Source of the DNA: an uncultured virus (IMG/VR IMGVR_UViG_2061766007_000697)
Lineage: Duplodnaviria; Heunggongvirae; Uroviricota; Caudoviricetes
Virus record (IMG/VR): IMGVR_UViG_2061766007_000697
DNA length: 64,000 bases
Strand: one strand, 5' to 3'
This document shows positions 10,539 to 22,150 of the stretch, piece by piece. Each line of letters opens with the position of its first letter. Positions within the stretch are counted from its first letter, which is position 1. Below the pieces are notes generated by a model. That model was given only the letters and a program-made list of their open reading frames with translations, did not search any database and was not told where the DNA came from. The position numbers and the translations under genes were made by a program.

Positions 10539-10936
10539 CAGAAGCTGTTAGAGACCGTTTACTATGTGCCATCGGGCATGCCCTGTTGCTTGTCATTAAG
10601 CGCACGGACGAGTATGCAGTCTTCGGTTCTGCGTACACAGACCTCAAGGAAGTCTTGCAGCTCTCAGAGCAGGAGCCTGACGCACACGCGAAGGGACCTG
10701 ACAAATGACTTTAGACCAGGCATTAGATACAGGTCTGAACATTTATGCAAGCTACGGTGATTCCACAGTTTATATCGACCCACATAGTGGTGTTGATATA
10801 ATGCGAGAATTACCAAACGGTAAAACCGAGTGCGAATGGTATGCCTGGTATACGTATGCCATGAAAGAGCATCCGCTGGATAAGCTCGATTGGCATGTAA
10901 TCGAAAACTAACGACACAAAACAAGGAGAAATAAAA

Positions 10937-11590
10937 ATGGCTACTTACACCTGTAATGCATGTGGTCTCGCTGAGTGCACCATTTGTATTAGCAGAGACG
11001 AGGTCGAATCAGCTAAATTGATTCATACGGCTACATGTCCAGTTTATGGAGATTCTATTATTGCTGGATTTACTTTGGATAAACCAGAGCGGTATCATAT
11101 GAAAGCAGACGGTTATCCGGTTCGCTACAAAGATGAGGCTGGACGGCCTAATCGTTGCTTGGTCTGTGGCACTGAATGCCCGACCCCAGAGCTCGACTGT
11201 CTGGATTGTAAGATCTTCGAGAAAGATGTCGGTACATACACAGTCAATAAAATGCGGGACATCAGAGAAGACCCAATGAAGTATGTTCCAGGCATGCTGT
11301 CAGAGGAGAAAGAGGGCGCGGAAGAAATCTTCCAGGATGACGAAGAGGATGAAAGCTGCGCTGAAAACGACATTTACGAACCAGTGAAGATCAATGATGT
11401 GTGGCGGTGTCCCCTAACTAGTGATCATTTGTGTGATCATCAGGCAATCGCAGAGGCGCGTAATTGTGAGAAATGCGAACATGTCTTCGATTATGGGCCA
11501 GCCGATACTTTTACAGCAGCCCGATCTGCTATCTATGAAGAGATTAAGAAGGCAGCAAATGTCGACACCAATACAAATCCCAACTCCTAA
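10937..11590 (+). CDS. Cys-rich hypothetical protein
   Basis: Several CxxC pairs; AAGGAG SD. Confidence 0.6.
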   Translation: MATYTCNACGLAECTICISRDEVESAKLIHTATCPVYGDSIIAGFTLDKPERYHMKADGYPVRYKDEAGRPNRCLVCGTECPTPELDCLDCKIFEKDVGTYTVNKMRDIREDPMKYVPGMLSEEKEGAEEIFQDDEEDESCAENDIYEPVKINDVWRCPLTSDHLCDHQAIAEARNCEKCEHVFDYGPADTFTAARSAIYEEIKKAANVDTNTNPNS

Positions 11591-11957
11591 ATATAAACAA
11601 GGCGATTATGTCTGGTATGTTCGTGATCATGAGAGTGTGTTCAAGCGAGCTTATGTCTGTGGCTGGAAGATAGTGATCTGGAGCCATGATCACAGCCTTA
11701 TTTACTACACAGTAGAGTATGATGATCCAGAAGTCGATTATGACGAAGATCCATCCGGAGGCTGTGACTATGACATCGCTGAGAACAGGCTCTATGACAA
11801 CGAGCTGGATGCACTGCGCAAACAGCTGGAACTTTGGGGTTCTGAACACACCAGACAGCAGAGCACACTGGAATCATTAGACAGGATTCGTGCAAATATC
11901 ATGAAGCGAATTCTGGAGCTTGAATCAAAGGAGACAACAAATGCCAAACACAGTTGA
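11559..11957 (+). CDS. SH3/KOW-like + coiled-coil protein (paralogous family)
   Basis: PKYKQGDYVWYV...RLYDNELDAL followed by a coiled coil. Confidence 0.6.
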   Translation: MSTPIQIPTPKYKQGDYVWYVRDHESVFKRAYVCGWKIVIWSHDHSLIYYTVEYDDPEVDYDEDPSGGCDYDIAENRLYDNELDALRKQLELWGSEHTRQQSTLESLDRIRANIMKRILELESKETTNAKHS

Positions 11958-12925
11958 AGTACCATCCGATATGGTAATGGTTCGCACTATCAGAGCAGGG
12001 AAACAATACCTTCTCAGTAATGAGGTGCTCGATCTCGTTAACGAGGCCGCAGGTATCAAATATGCTGCTTTCGTGAACAATATCTTCCACCTGCCAAACG
12101 ACGGTGACAACGACAAGTTCAAAGCAGCTGTGGAATCACTCAAAGACAGCTACATCGGCAAGGTCGAGCNNNNNNNNNNNNNNNNNNNNNNNNNNNGATC
12201 CTGAGACACACCATCAAATCATTTTTCATCGACGGGGATCCAGCAGATGACTGTACAGGACGCAGAGCGCACATCCTCTATGTGTTCCTGGGCATTCTAC
12301 TGGGTAAGGTCAAGTCATACACCTTCCTGAAGTTGTTGGAAGAATACTAACAGGAGCTTTATGTTCGGACTAACCAAACTGCTCACATGGCGGCCATCCA
12401 AGCATCATATCGAATCTACGTATGAGTTAGAACAGCTGCCTGTAGTTCCTGCAGAAAATCCTGGTTCTTGAACAAGAGGAGAACAAATGAATATCGAACA
12501 GATCGAAGTAGGTAAAGACTACTATGGTTACGATTGTATAGACAATGGTCCATTTCGTCTTATAAGATATCATGTGCTTGCAAAAGCTACCTGGTCTTTA
12601 CAAGCAGCTAGATATTATGTAGGAGAGTATGGAGACACAGCATCGTCTAACTGGTCAGGATATCCTGACAATTTGTACTCTACAGCAGAGGCAGCTATAA
12701 AAGCGCTTCAGGCTAATGTAGAAAAGCTCAAGGAGGATCTTGAGAAGAAAACACAGCATATGGTTAACGGCATTAATGTAGCGGCTTGTTGCACAACATN
12801 NNNNNNNNNNNNNNNNNNNNNNNNNNNNNNNNNNNNNNNNNNACTCAAATTTGCAGAGAGGGATTATATTCGTGTGATCCAGCAATGATCAACAGCGAGG
12901 TAAACAGAATACAGAGGCCAGAGAA

Positions 12926-13267
12926 GTGATATACGCAATCGACTTCGACGGCACCATTGTGGAGAACAAGTTCCCTGGCATAGGTGCCCTTAATCCAGAA
13001 GCTGAGCAGTTCATCAGAGATCTGAAAGCAAATGGAGACAAATGGATCCTCTACACCATGAGGGAGGGGAAGCTGCTTGATGAAGCGCTTGCCTTTCTAA
13101 CAAAGCTCGGTATCCCTCCGGATGCTGCTAATGACAATCTGCCTGAACTTTGTGAAGCTTTCCATAACAATCCCCGCAAAGTGTTCGCCAATGTTTACAT
13201 TGACGACCACAATGCTGGTGGCTTACGCTTTGACACCGCTCATAGAGCACAAGGAGGTACCAAGTGA
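12926..13267 (+). CDS. HAD-superfamily phosphatase (BT0820-like)
   Basis: AIDFDGTI motif I, LYTMR, RKVFANVYIDD. Confidence 0.85.
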   Translation: MIYAIDFDGTIVENKFPGIGALNPEAEQFIRDLKANGDKWILYTMREGKLLDEALAFLTKLGIPPDAANDNLPELCEAFHNNPRKVFANVYIDDHNAGGLRFDTAHRAQGGTK

Positions 13268-13333
13268 AACTCGAAAACATCAAGAGTGGACACCAGGGAT
13301 ATAAGACCAGATCGATGCTTTAAGGAGAGCAGG

Positions 13334-14233
13334 ATGAACAGGTCAACAATCGAAAGTATCTCTACAGACAATAAAGACTTTTGTCTGGAGGAGATCGCTA
13401 AACTCAAGAAAGAGCGAGACGCAATCATACTCGCCCACAACTACACACGTCCGGAAATTCAGGATATCNNNNNNNNNNNNNNNNNNNNNNNNNNNNNNNN
13501 NNNNNNNNNNNNNNNNNNNNNNNNNNNNNNNNNNNNNNNNNNNNNNNNNNNNNNNNNNNNNNNNNNNNNNNNNNNNNNNNNNNNNNNNNNNNNNNNNNNN
13601 NNNNNNNNNNNNNNNNNNNNNNNNNNNNNNNNNNNNGTTGCCTATATCAACACGACTGCGGAGACCAAGACAGAGGTTGACATCTGCTGTACCTCCAGTA
13701 ATGCCGAGCAGATTATTAATTCCATCCCACACGGAACCAGGATTCTTTTCGTTCCAGACCAGAACCTTGGTGACTACATCCGCTATAAGTGCGATCGTCA
13801 TGAAGATATCGAGTTGTGGCCCGGTTATTGTCCTGTCCATAATAAGATCATGCCCTGGCATATTGAGGAGATGCATGAACAGCACCCAGCTGCAGAGGTC
13901 ATGGTACACCCTGCGTGCAGGCCCGATGTTGAGGTGCTTTCGGATCTCACGCTGTCTACAGGTGGTATGCTAAGGAGGCTCAAAGCCAATCCCCAGAAAG
14001 AATGGATCATTGGTACAGAAGCTAACATCATCCACCGTATGCAGAAAGAGAATCCTGGCAAGACGTTCTATCCTCTGGTGCCTACAGTCATGTGCCCTGA
14101 TATGAGGGAGATAACACTTGAACACGTTTTCTTTTGTCTGAAGGAGAGGGATCCTGAGATCTTATTGCCAGAAGAAGTGCTGCTTAAGGCAGCGAAACCC
14201 ATTAAACGTATGTTGGAGATATGCAATGGATAA
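13334..14233 (+). CDS. nadA: Quinolinate synthase A
   Basis: AIILAHNY..PEIQD, AYINT, DICCTSSNA, PDQNLG, GYCPVH, LSTGGM, IGTE, CPDM. Confidence 0.93.
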   Translation: MNRSTIESISTDNKDFCLEEIAKLKKERDAIILAHNYTRPEIQDIXXXXXXXXXXXXXXXXXXXXXXXXXXXXXXXXXXXXXXXXXXXXXXXXXXXXXXXXVAYINTTAETKTEVDICCTSSNAEQIINSIPHGTRILFVPDQNLGDYIRYKCDRHEDIELWPGYCPVHNKIMPWHIEEMHEQHPAAEVMVHPACRPDVEVLSDLTLSTGGMLRRLKANPQKEWIIGTEANIIHRMQKENPGKTFYPLVPTVMCPDMREITLEHVFFCLKERDPEILLPEEVLLKAAKPIKRMLEICNG

Positions 14234-14687
14234 ACCAACATTTCCCACCGTCATTCCCAGAGAGCATGGCCTGATCGTAGCTATCGACAAGACCGATCTT
14301 CCTGATACTTGGCCGGAACTTGTGACCAAACTTGGAAGATTCATTTTGGACGCCTGCGATGCAGAGCCTGCTGCTTTCAAAGCAACCATGCAGGAATTCA
14401 AGAATTATCTGATCGGCGTTTATGCTGCTATTGAGGAGTATGACGAAGACGCCAGCGATGATAAACCGGTTCCTGATTGGTATCAGGAGATTGGTGCCTG
14501 CTGGACCAAGGATGAGGATGATCAGGATTGGCTTGTTGGCATGCTTGAGCAGATTATCAACAAGGGTTGCACAGAGGAAGTGGAACTCAAATGCAATCTG
14601 CTGCTGACTTTGTTATTGGCGCCGTGGCCTGACTTCTTCGATGAGATGATCACCCAGATCGATGAATACCTTCTTATTACCAAGTAA
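14226..14687 (+). CDS. Acidic hypothetical protein
   Basis: 153-aa ORF overlapping the nadA stop; GGAG SD. Confidence 0.6.
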   Translation: MDKPTFPTVIPREHGLIVAIDKTDLPDTWPELVTKLGRFILDACDAEPAAFKATMQEFKNYLIGVYAAIEEYDEDASDDKPVPDWYQEIGACWTKDEDDQDWLVGMLEQIINKGCTEEVELKCNLLLTLLLAPWPDFFDEMITQIDEYLLITK

Positions 14688-14751
14688 CTGTACTATGCCT
14701 TAAAAAGAAGGCATAATAAGAGGGAAGGTCCCAAAACAACAAGGAGGTATA

Positions 14752-15777
14752 GTGAATACTAAATATATTCCAAAGATAAGTGAGCAAATGGTTTTTGCTA
14801 CTTTGTATGGCAGCAGACTCTATGGTACAGATGGCCCTAATTCGGACACTGATATCCGTGGAGTCTTTTTGCCGTCAAAGGAGGATCTGCTCTTAGGCAA
14901 AGCACCAAGGCATTATTGCTTCAAAGACGACAGAGACGTATCTTATCTCAGCCTTCACTATTTTCTGCAGCTGTTGACACAAGGCGAAACCAATTGCCTT
15001 GATATGTTCTTCAGTTACACGAACTACAAGGCAAAGATCTGTTCGTCTCCTATCTATGAAGAGCTTATTGCTAATAAGGATAAGCTGATCACCAGGAACG
15101 TCTCCAAGTATCTCGGTTATTGCAAAGCTCAGGCTTTAAAGTATTCCATTAAAGGAGACCGCATAAAGGACTATGAGGTGCTGCTAGATCTTGTGGACCA
15201 CGTTCCGAATCCTTCCAAGACACTTGGGGAAGCGCTGTCTGAGGTTGTTGTTCCAAAGTTGGCTGATCCTACGCCATATGATAAGAACGGCAAGGTAATA
15301 GGCAGACGCTTCAAGATCCTCGACAGCGTATTCGGTGATCATGCGTATTTTGTTGTGTTCGACAATTACGAGCGCTATTTCATGCTATCAGGGCATTTGT
15401 TTCCAATGAATGCCAACATGAACAGCACACGTGACTCGATCAACAAGTGTTTAGCATCCTACGGCAAAAGAGCTTTTAACGCAGCTGAAGATAACGGCGC
15501 TGACTATAAGGCACTGTCACATGCTCTTCGTGTTGCTTATCAGGCACAGCAATTATTGCTAGAGGGAGAGATAACTTTCCCGTTGCGTCCTCATCAGCTC
15601 AATGTAGTCAGATCGATCAAATTCAAGACAACCACTATGTCCTATGAAGAGTTCGTGGCTGCTATAGAGACCAACATCGAACACATAGAAAAAGAGTGTA
15701 TGCCTAATACACGCTTACCAGACAAACCCGACTGGGATTGGATCAATGCGTTCATTCTCAGACAGTACAAGGAGTAA
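14752..15777 (+). CDS. Pol-beta-superfamily nucleotidyltransferase (RlaP / T4 NrdC.11-like)
   Basis: GSRLYGT..PNSDTDIRGVF, YLGYC..QA.KY, DYKALSHALR, LPDKPD. Confidence 0.85.
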   Translation: MNTKYIPKISEQMVFATLYGSRLYGTDGPNSDTDIRGVFLPSKEDLLLGKAPRHYCFKDDRDVSYLSLHYFLQLLTQGETNCLDMFFSYTNYKAKICSSPIYEELIANKDKLITRNVSKYLGYCKAQALKYSIKGDRIKDYEVLLDLVDHVPNPSKTLGEALSEVVVPKLADPTPYDKNGKVIGRRFKILDSVFGDHAYFVVFDNYERYFMLSGHLFPMNANMNSTRDSINKCLASYGKRAFNAAEDNGADYKALSHALRVAYQAQQLLLEGEITFPLRPHQLNVVRSIKFKTTTMSYEEFVAAIETNIEHIEKECMPNTRLPDKPDWDWINAFILRQYKE

Positions 15778-15778
15778 C

Positions 15779-16117
15779 ATGATATTACCCTGTAAAAACT
15801 TAACCGTATGGACCTACGGCATTGGTCTATTCTCTTCGCGTTTCACGCCTATGGAGGATCAGTTGCATAAAGGTATCGTTGCATATAGCAATCTTGCTGT
15901 CGATACAAGGGCCAGCCTTATGCGACGTCCTCTTAAGCAGTGCGGACTTTGTGTCAGATCTGTCAATGCGCTGAAAAGCAAAGGGATAACCACGCTTGGC
16001 GATCTTATCAAGTACAATCGGCAGCAGCTGCTCCAGATTCGTAACCTCGGTGTAAAATGTGCCGATGAGATCGAAGAAAGAGTCAAGATCTACGGGCTCA
16101 AGCTGGAGGAAGTATGA
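15779..16117 (+). CDS. Stand-alone RNA polymerase alpha-subunit C-terminal domain protein
   Basis: LCVRSVNALKSKGITTLGDLI...LLQIRNLGVKCADEI matches the alphaCTD consensus. Confidence 0.85.
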   Translation: MILPCKNLTVWTYGIGLFSSRFTPMEDQLHKGIVAYSNLAVDTRASLMRRPLKQCGLCVRSVNALKSKGITTLGDLIKYNRQQLLQIRNLGVKCADEIEERVKIYGLKLEEV

Positions 16118-16649
16118 GCACCTGGCTTATCGTCTTACTGGTCATACTGGGCATTCTGATACTGCCTATAGCATTGCCGCTTATTCTCATCTTGCTGATC
16201 CTGCTTCCGATCTTAGCCTTTGTTATCGTGATAGAGGTTTTATGCCTGCCCATCTCGCTTATCAAGGCTATTATTGTCAGGATCGCAGGTAATGACAAAA
16301 CAATAACCATTCAAACAAAGGAGATTTCCTGTGACCAGGAAAGAGAAGAGAAACAATAAACAGAAGAGCTCTAATTTGGTACCTGCTGTGACGCATGGAT
16401 TGAAGCACTGGAGGATGAGGAATGAACCCATTCAAGAACGATAGCGAACGCTTGGAATTCGCGTTGCTTGCTCTGCGGAATATCTATAACTGGGCATCTG
16501 ATGGTAATATCGATGCAGCTATGGTACAACGTGAGATTGCAGCGATTGCGCAGAATTCTATACGGACACTTGAAGCCTCCCAACATGAGCCCTCAGTAGA
16601 GATGAACGATCTCCTGTTGGAGATACATGAACAGCAATAAGGAGAACCT

Positions 16650-17079
16650 ATGGAAAATTTGAAATGGGCATGTGATCTTGATCTGAATCACATGTATAAG
16701 AAACACAGAGATGATGCCGGCTATGATATCTGCTGCGCTGAGGATATTATCATTCCTCCTTGTCCTGGCAGAATCGAAGTCAAGACAGGTCTGCATATCT
16801 CTGTGCCGTCTGGGCATGATGCCAAGATCGTAGGCCGTTCCGGTCTTGCAAGGGATTATGGTGTTGTCGTTCTCGGTGGAGAAATTGATTGTGGCTACAC
16901 TGGCGAAGTCATCGTCATTCTTGGNNNNNNNNNNNNNNNNNNNNNNNNNTAAAGCGGGATCCCGTATCGCACAGCTTGTTGTGCGCAAGCTTTATGATGG
17001 TCCTATTGAAAGAGTCGCTGTCGAGGGCCTCGGTAATACAGGCAGAGGCTCTAACGGCTTCGGTTCCACGGGTGTCTGA
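16650..17079 (+). CDS. dut: dUTPase (trimeric type), gapped
   Basis: DAGYD, GRSGLA, GEIDCGYTGE, RIAQL, RGSNGFGSTG. Confidence 0.95.
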
Positions 17080-17151
17080 ATGACCGCTTTTTGGCTAGGC
17101 TTTATCCTGGTAGGCATCTGCATGCTGGGTGGAGCTATGGGGAGTAAATAA

Positions 17152-18174
17152 ATGCATATCGAAGTATTCGATCCTACCATGGCGCTGTCTGATGGTATTG
17201 TGGTATTTCCTGCGCGTATCGCTGTTCCTGGTAAGGAATCTGCTACACGCTTCAAATACCAGAAAGCCATTCGCAGAAGCGATCTCGAGGCTTCTGTTGT
17301 GTCCTGTGTTTTCGACAAGTTCTCTAACAGAGTGAAACTTACTATGGATTGCACGCCAAAGGTCTTTTCCAGAAGGGACAGAGATAGTTCTGTGCTTGTC
17401 ATGGATGGCCCAGAGCGTGAAGCAACAATGAGAACCACAATGGAAATCAAGCTTGATATTCCCAGGGGTTCTCTGTCTGCGCAGAAGGTCACGACGCTCT
17501 CTATTATCGAAGCACCAGATTATTGGGGTTCCAATGATAAAGGGAAACTCAAGACAGCTGATGGTACGATTATTCCCATCACTCAGCAGAAACAGTCCAG
17601 GGATATCTATAACAAGTTGTTCCAATGGCTCAGAGACCAATTCAAAGAGAACGGCTGCCCTGAAGCTGTTGATCGCAGACGTCTTCCTGAGCTGTTAAAG
17701 AGCTATACAGGTGAACTCAGAGCACAGTGGCGCCTTGTAGATCGTAACTTTGGTTATCCTGCAAATGGCTTAGCAACTGCACTGGTTGATATGCTGACAG
17801 GCAGAAGATCACCCGAGACGACACTTGACCAGCTTATCGAGTGGCATCTTATTGCAGACTATCCTACGATTACACAAGTCAGCGGACGTGGTAAGAACTG
17901 GGACAGCATGCGACAGACAGCTTTCGTCGGCATCTATGTGTCCGATGGTAGCAATAAGCAAACTAAAAACACGCAGCTTCTGTGGAAACTCAATAATATG
18001 CTCGGTGAACAGTTCACGCTGCAGGGACTGGATGCCGCATTTACCGAGTTCTATAGAAAACACCAGAACGAGTCAGGCGCAACACAGCCTCAGATCCTGC
18101 TTAACAGCGATGGTAACAGGCTGTATTTCGTCGGCGTAACAAAAACAACCCGTAGAGAGGAGAACCGCCAGTGA
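17152..18174 (+). CDS. Hypothetical protein
   Basis: 340-aa intact ORF, GGAG SD. Confidence 0.65.
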   Translation: MHIEVFDPTMALSDGIVVFPARIAVPGKESATRFKYQKAIRRSDLEASVVSCVFDKFSNRVKLTMDCTPKVFSRRDRDSSVLVMDGPEREATMRTTMEIKLDIPRGSLSAQKVTTLSIIEAPDYWGSNDKGKLKTADGTIIPITQQKQSRDIYNKLFQWLRDQFKENGCPEAVDRRRLPELLKSYTGELRAQWRLVDRNFGYPANGLATALVDMLTGRRSPETTLDQLIEWHLIADYPTITQVSGRGKNWDSMRQTAFVGIYVSDGSNKQTKNTQLLWKLNNMLGEQFTLQGLDAAFTEFYRKHQNESGATQPQILLNSDGNRLYFVGVTKTTRREENRQ

Positions 18175-20025
18175 GAAATTTCTTCATTTGGCTTGGTGCA
18201 TACGCTACTGTGTACTCGCGGCGTATCCATCAGACAAACCCAAGCAAACTACGCATTATTGCAGCNNNNNNNNNNNNNNNNNNNNNNNNNNNNNNNNNNN
18301 NNNNNNNNNNNNNNNNNNNTTCGTGCTTCCGGCAATCAATACTGAGCTCAGGTCGGAAGTCGACAGAGAGTACAACAAACACAAGTGATCTGAATAATAT
18401 AAACAATCCGAACAATCAGAAAGGGCCAATAATGGCTAATAAATCAATCAACGCGTCTCTGCGTGCATTCGTTGCCTCTTGGGGCAGTTCCGTCACCTCT
18501 CGCCTCCGCGCTGCCAAGATCTATGCGGATGCGGCCAACAGTAAGAACACCGACGCCAAGGCGAAGTTCTGGGCACTCCAGGAATTTGCGAATTGGACGC
18601 CGCAGCAGTGGGCGCTTTTGTACTGGATTGGCAGCGGTGTGCTCAGCTCCAAGTATCTCGNNNNNNNNNNNNNNNNNNNNNNNNNNNNNNGCATCGTAAT
18701 GTTCGCCTTGAGATGCAGGAGCATATCGTTAATCACGGGCTCCAGCTGGCTCGCATCAACGGCACAATCCGTGAGCTGCCTTACAAGCTGATTCAGCAGA
18801 AACACATCACCCAAGTCTTCAAGGAAAACGGTGAAGAACGCACCATCGAAGAACAGGTCCAGTGGCTCAAGGATCATGAAAAGCAGAATATCGAGGTCCT
18901 GGCGAACGGTAATGTCCGCATTCGGCATGCATGTGTTATGACTCCCACTGATCTCTTCAACATTCTGAGCAGCGAATATCAGCCGCTCGGACCTGAAGCG
19001 CTCATGGCGATTATTACCCGTCAGACTCGCAGTGCAAACCATGAACAGAGCTGACCTTTATAACACCTTCCCNNNNNNNNNNNNNNNNNNNNNNNNNNNN
19101 NNNNNNNNNNNNNNNNNNNNNNNNNNNNNNNNNNNNNNNNNNNNNNNNNNNNNNNNNNNCTTACGTTCTTTATCAAAAGTTATGCCAGAGGATGCATGAC
19201 AGGTAAACCCAGCGCAGTAGAGAACCAGTGGATTTCTTATGGCTGGAAAAATAGCACATATAAAGAGAAAGTGCCTAGATGGGCTAACCTGCTTATCCAT
19301 GTGCATCTGACTGATTCTACTGTCATCGATACGCATGTCGCAGTTCAGCCTACCAATGGCAAGCTCTGGTCTTATAAAACAGAAAAAGAAATCTCTTACG
19401 TTGCTGTTAAGCATCCCGCAAAGCACAGAGGCGGTATCAACAAGCTGTCTACAGGCTGGGTTATTACACACGCAGCCCAGGCTATCAAAGATAATCCCAA
19501 TAAGCATAATCAGGTTGAAATCGATTATGTTGTTGGTGATGAGGGCAACCAGATCTACCGCCACAANNNNNNNNNNNNNNNNNNNNNNNNNNNNNNNNNN
19601 NNNNNNNNNNNNNNNNNNNNNNNNNNNNNNNNNNNNNNNNNNNNNNNNNNNNNNNNNNNNNNNNNNNNNNNNNNNNNNNNNNNNNNNNNNNNNNNNNNNN
19701 NNNNNNNNNNNCCAGCCTGAAACTCAAGGAGCTCGGTATGTGCTCCACTCTCAGCAGATGGCGCGCAACAATCAGGAGATTGACACAAACAAATGAAACA
19801 GACAAAACCCAAACCCAGACCGCAGCTGAAACCGACTGAGCACCTGATTTCTTATATCGGTGTTCAGAAAGTATCGCCCAGACGCTGGGTGCATATCGGT
19901 TTTNNNNNNNNNNNNNNNNNNNNNNNNNNNNNNNNNNNNNNNNNNNNNNNNNNNATACAATCATTATCACCTCGTACCTTCCAACCTATAGATCTCCGCC
20001 GGAACCTGTTAAGTGTATTGACTGG

Positions 20026-21069
20026 ATGGCTGCTGAATTGAAACACTTCGGTAATGCCATTAACAGGGAAGGCTTGGAAGTAGATATCAGACATATCTAT
20101 AAGTTTGGGCATGAGGCTTTGTATGGTGGCACACTTGAGGCTATAGCTAAGCGTTATATCATCCAACATCCTGAAATGCTGGAAATAGATGATGCGACGT
20201 TCAAGCGAGGCTATGCAAAGTCGATGCTCTATGCTCTATCCAGAGAAGCCAGACAGCGTGGCAGACTCGACATGGCTATCACATCAGGCATGATCGATAG
20301 CTTGCAATCTCCTGATGATCTCCTGGATTTTGAGTATATCTTATGCTCCTTAAGGGTTAATGTGCAGGAGCTGCTAAAAGCGGTTCGCACTAGTCACCAT
20401 AACCTTAAGCAACATATCCAGAAGCGAGCATCTGACAAGCGCTATAAATTCATGCACAATAGGCAGTTACGTGATTATAAGTATTGGCTGAATCCTGTTA
20501 ACTGGGTTGGTTTCTCAGCCGGGTTCATTGTGGACTATTACTTGTATCAGTATCTTCCTATGTGTTATAGACATGCTATGTGGACGCTGCCGCAGAGAAG
20601 CTATGACGGTACGAACACAATAGCAGACTATATTGGAATCAACGCCAATCTCTGTTATGCTTTCAAGGATCCTGTATTAGCAGAGGAAATAGCCAAAGCG
20701 TATTTCCCTGTAAGACCAGTGTATCTCAGCGAATATACTGTGATACACACGCCGCTTGATCCAGAATTTGAGAGCAAGCTGACAGAGATACTAGCAGATC
20801 CAATCGCTTACAAACAAAGGCTTGAACATGAAAAACAAGAAGCAGCCGAGAGACAGCAGAGGCAGGNNNNNNNNNNNNNNNNNNNNNNNNNNNNNNNNNN
20901 NNNNNNNNNNNNNNNNNNNNNNNNNNNNNNNNNNNNNNNNNNNNNNNNNNNNNNNNNNNNNNNNNNNNNNNNNNNNNNNNNNNNNNNNNNNNNNNNNNNN
21001 NNNNNNNNNATTACACCAGATGAAGCCAGAGCAGAGCTTGAGCGTCTCTTGCGAGAACTTAGAACCTGA
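20026..21069 (+). CDS. Hypothetical protein
   Basis: 347-aa ORF with a coiled-coil C-terminus. Confidence 0.6.
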   Translation: MAAELKHFGNAINREGLEVDIRHIYKFGHEALYGGTLEAIAKRYIIQHPEMLEIDDATFKRGYAKSMLYALSREARQRGRLDMAITSGMIDSLQSPDDLLDFEYILCSLRVNVQELLKAVRTSHHNLKQHIQKRASDKRYKFMHNRQLRDYKYWLNPVNWVGFSAGFIVDYYLYQYLPMCYRHAMWTLPQRSYDGTNTIADYIGINANLCYAFKDPVLAEEIAKAYFPVRPVYLSEYTVIHTPLDPEFESKLTEILADPIAYKQRLEHEKQEAAERQQRQXXXXXXXXXXXXXXXXXXXXXXXXXXXXXXXXXXXXXXXXXXXXXXXXITPDEARAELERLLRELRT

Positions 21070-21203
21070 AGATACAGAGGAGTTACTTCTTATGGCTTTT
21101 GTGAAACATACCTTCAGTTTTGTCGGTGGCATTGCTGTCACACTGTTAGCGTTGATTGCTGCAATGATCGTCAAGATCGTTGTCAGTGCCATGCGCTAAT
21201 AAG

Positions 21204-21240
21204 AAGGCCCCAAGGTTTGATCCAAGGGGCCTTATTTTTA
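21204..21240. terminator. Probable bidirectional terminator between convergent genes
   Basis: AAGGCCCC...GGGGCCTT stem with A-rich and T-rich flanks. Confidence 0.6.
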
Positions 21241-21244
21241 CTCT

Positions 21245-22049
21245 TCAGAAGGAGTAGCTCTTATCCTTCATCACTNNNNNNNNNNNNNNNNNNNNNNTAC
21301 AGCGACAACTCATTCCAGTCTCCTGTGCCAGTACCTCTACAGGTACAGGTGTGCAACCAATCCCATAGCTTCTAGTAATAAGGAACTGATCCTTAGCAGG
21401 CAGTAATCCTATTAGTCTCCTGAGGTCGGTTATTGCATCAGGCATATCCTCAGGCGTATCATCCTGCTCATCGATTGTCTTAATAAGCATATCTTCATAG
21501 GTGGTTGCTGCGTCTTCTTTCACCTGTTCATCCAGGGAACAGAAAGAGACGTCTGCAATCTTATTGGATTCAACACGCACTTCAGAGATACCAAGCTCTT
21601 CAGCGATCTCTGTAGTGGTAGGCTCACGGTTTTCCTGGAATTCGTAGCGATGTTTGATGCGGGCAATGCGAGCTGCTCTTTGTGCGGCGCCACCAGGAAT
21701 GGCGACAGTACGGGTTTTAGAGAGAATAGCTCTTCGGATATTTTGCTTGATCCAGAAACCTGCGCAGACACTGAATTTAGGCGCGCGTTCAGGATCAAAC
21801 TTATCGACGGCNNNNNNNNNNTGAGATAATATCATTGAAGCTCATGTACTTCTTAAAGGCATGGGCAATCTTAATCACCAGGCGTATATTGCAGCAGATC
21901 ATCTTCTCTCTTGCGGCTTCTGCAAGGGCTGGGTCATCACCATGCATTTGTTTATGGAGTTCCAGTTCCTCCGCATGCGTAAGCCTCGGATATTTATCGA
22001 TGTCACGCATGAGTTTGTCGATGTTGTCGGTCTTGATGTGTTCGATCAT
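21245..22049 (-). CDS. Sigma70-family RNA polymerase sigma factor (RpoD/RpoS-like, lacking region 1.1), gapped
   Basis: Region 1.2 (DIDKYPRLTHAEELEL), region 2 (NIRLVIKIA, AVDKFDPER..KFS..A.FWIKQNIRRA, TRTVAIP), region 3 (REPTTTEIAEELG, SLD), region 4 (YGIG...LAQETG); AAGGAGG SD. Confidence 0.92.
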
Positions 22050-22078
22050 GTGGCCTCCTTGGTTGACGGGTTACTATC

Positions 22079-22106
22079 AATATAGCATGCTTTTGTGAAA
22101 AGTCAA
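22079..22106 (-). promoter_or_regulatory. Sigma70-type promoter upstream of the phage sigma gene
   Basis: Minus strand TTGACT-16 nt-TATATT with an extended -10 TG. Confidence 0.6.
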
Positions 22107-22150
22107 GGGCTATTTTAAAGAAAATCATCATTTTTCTGAATTTTTATACT

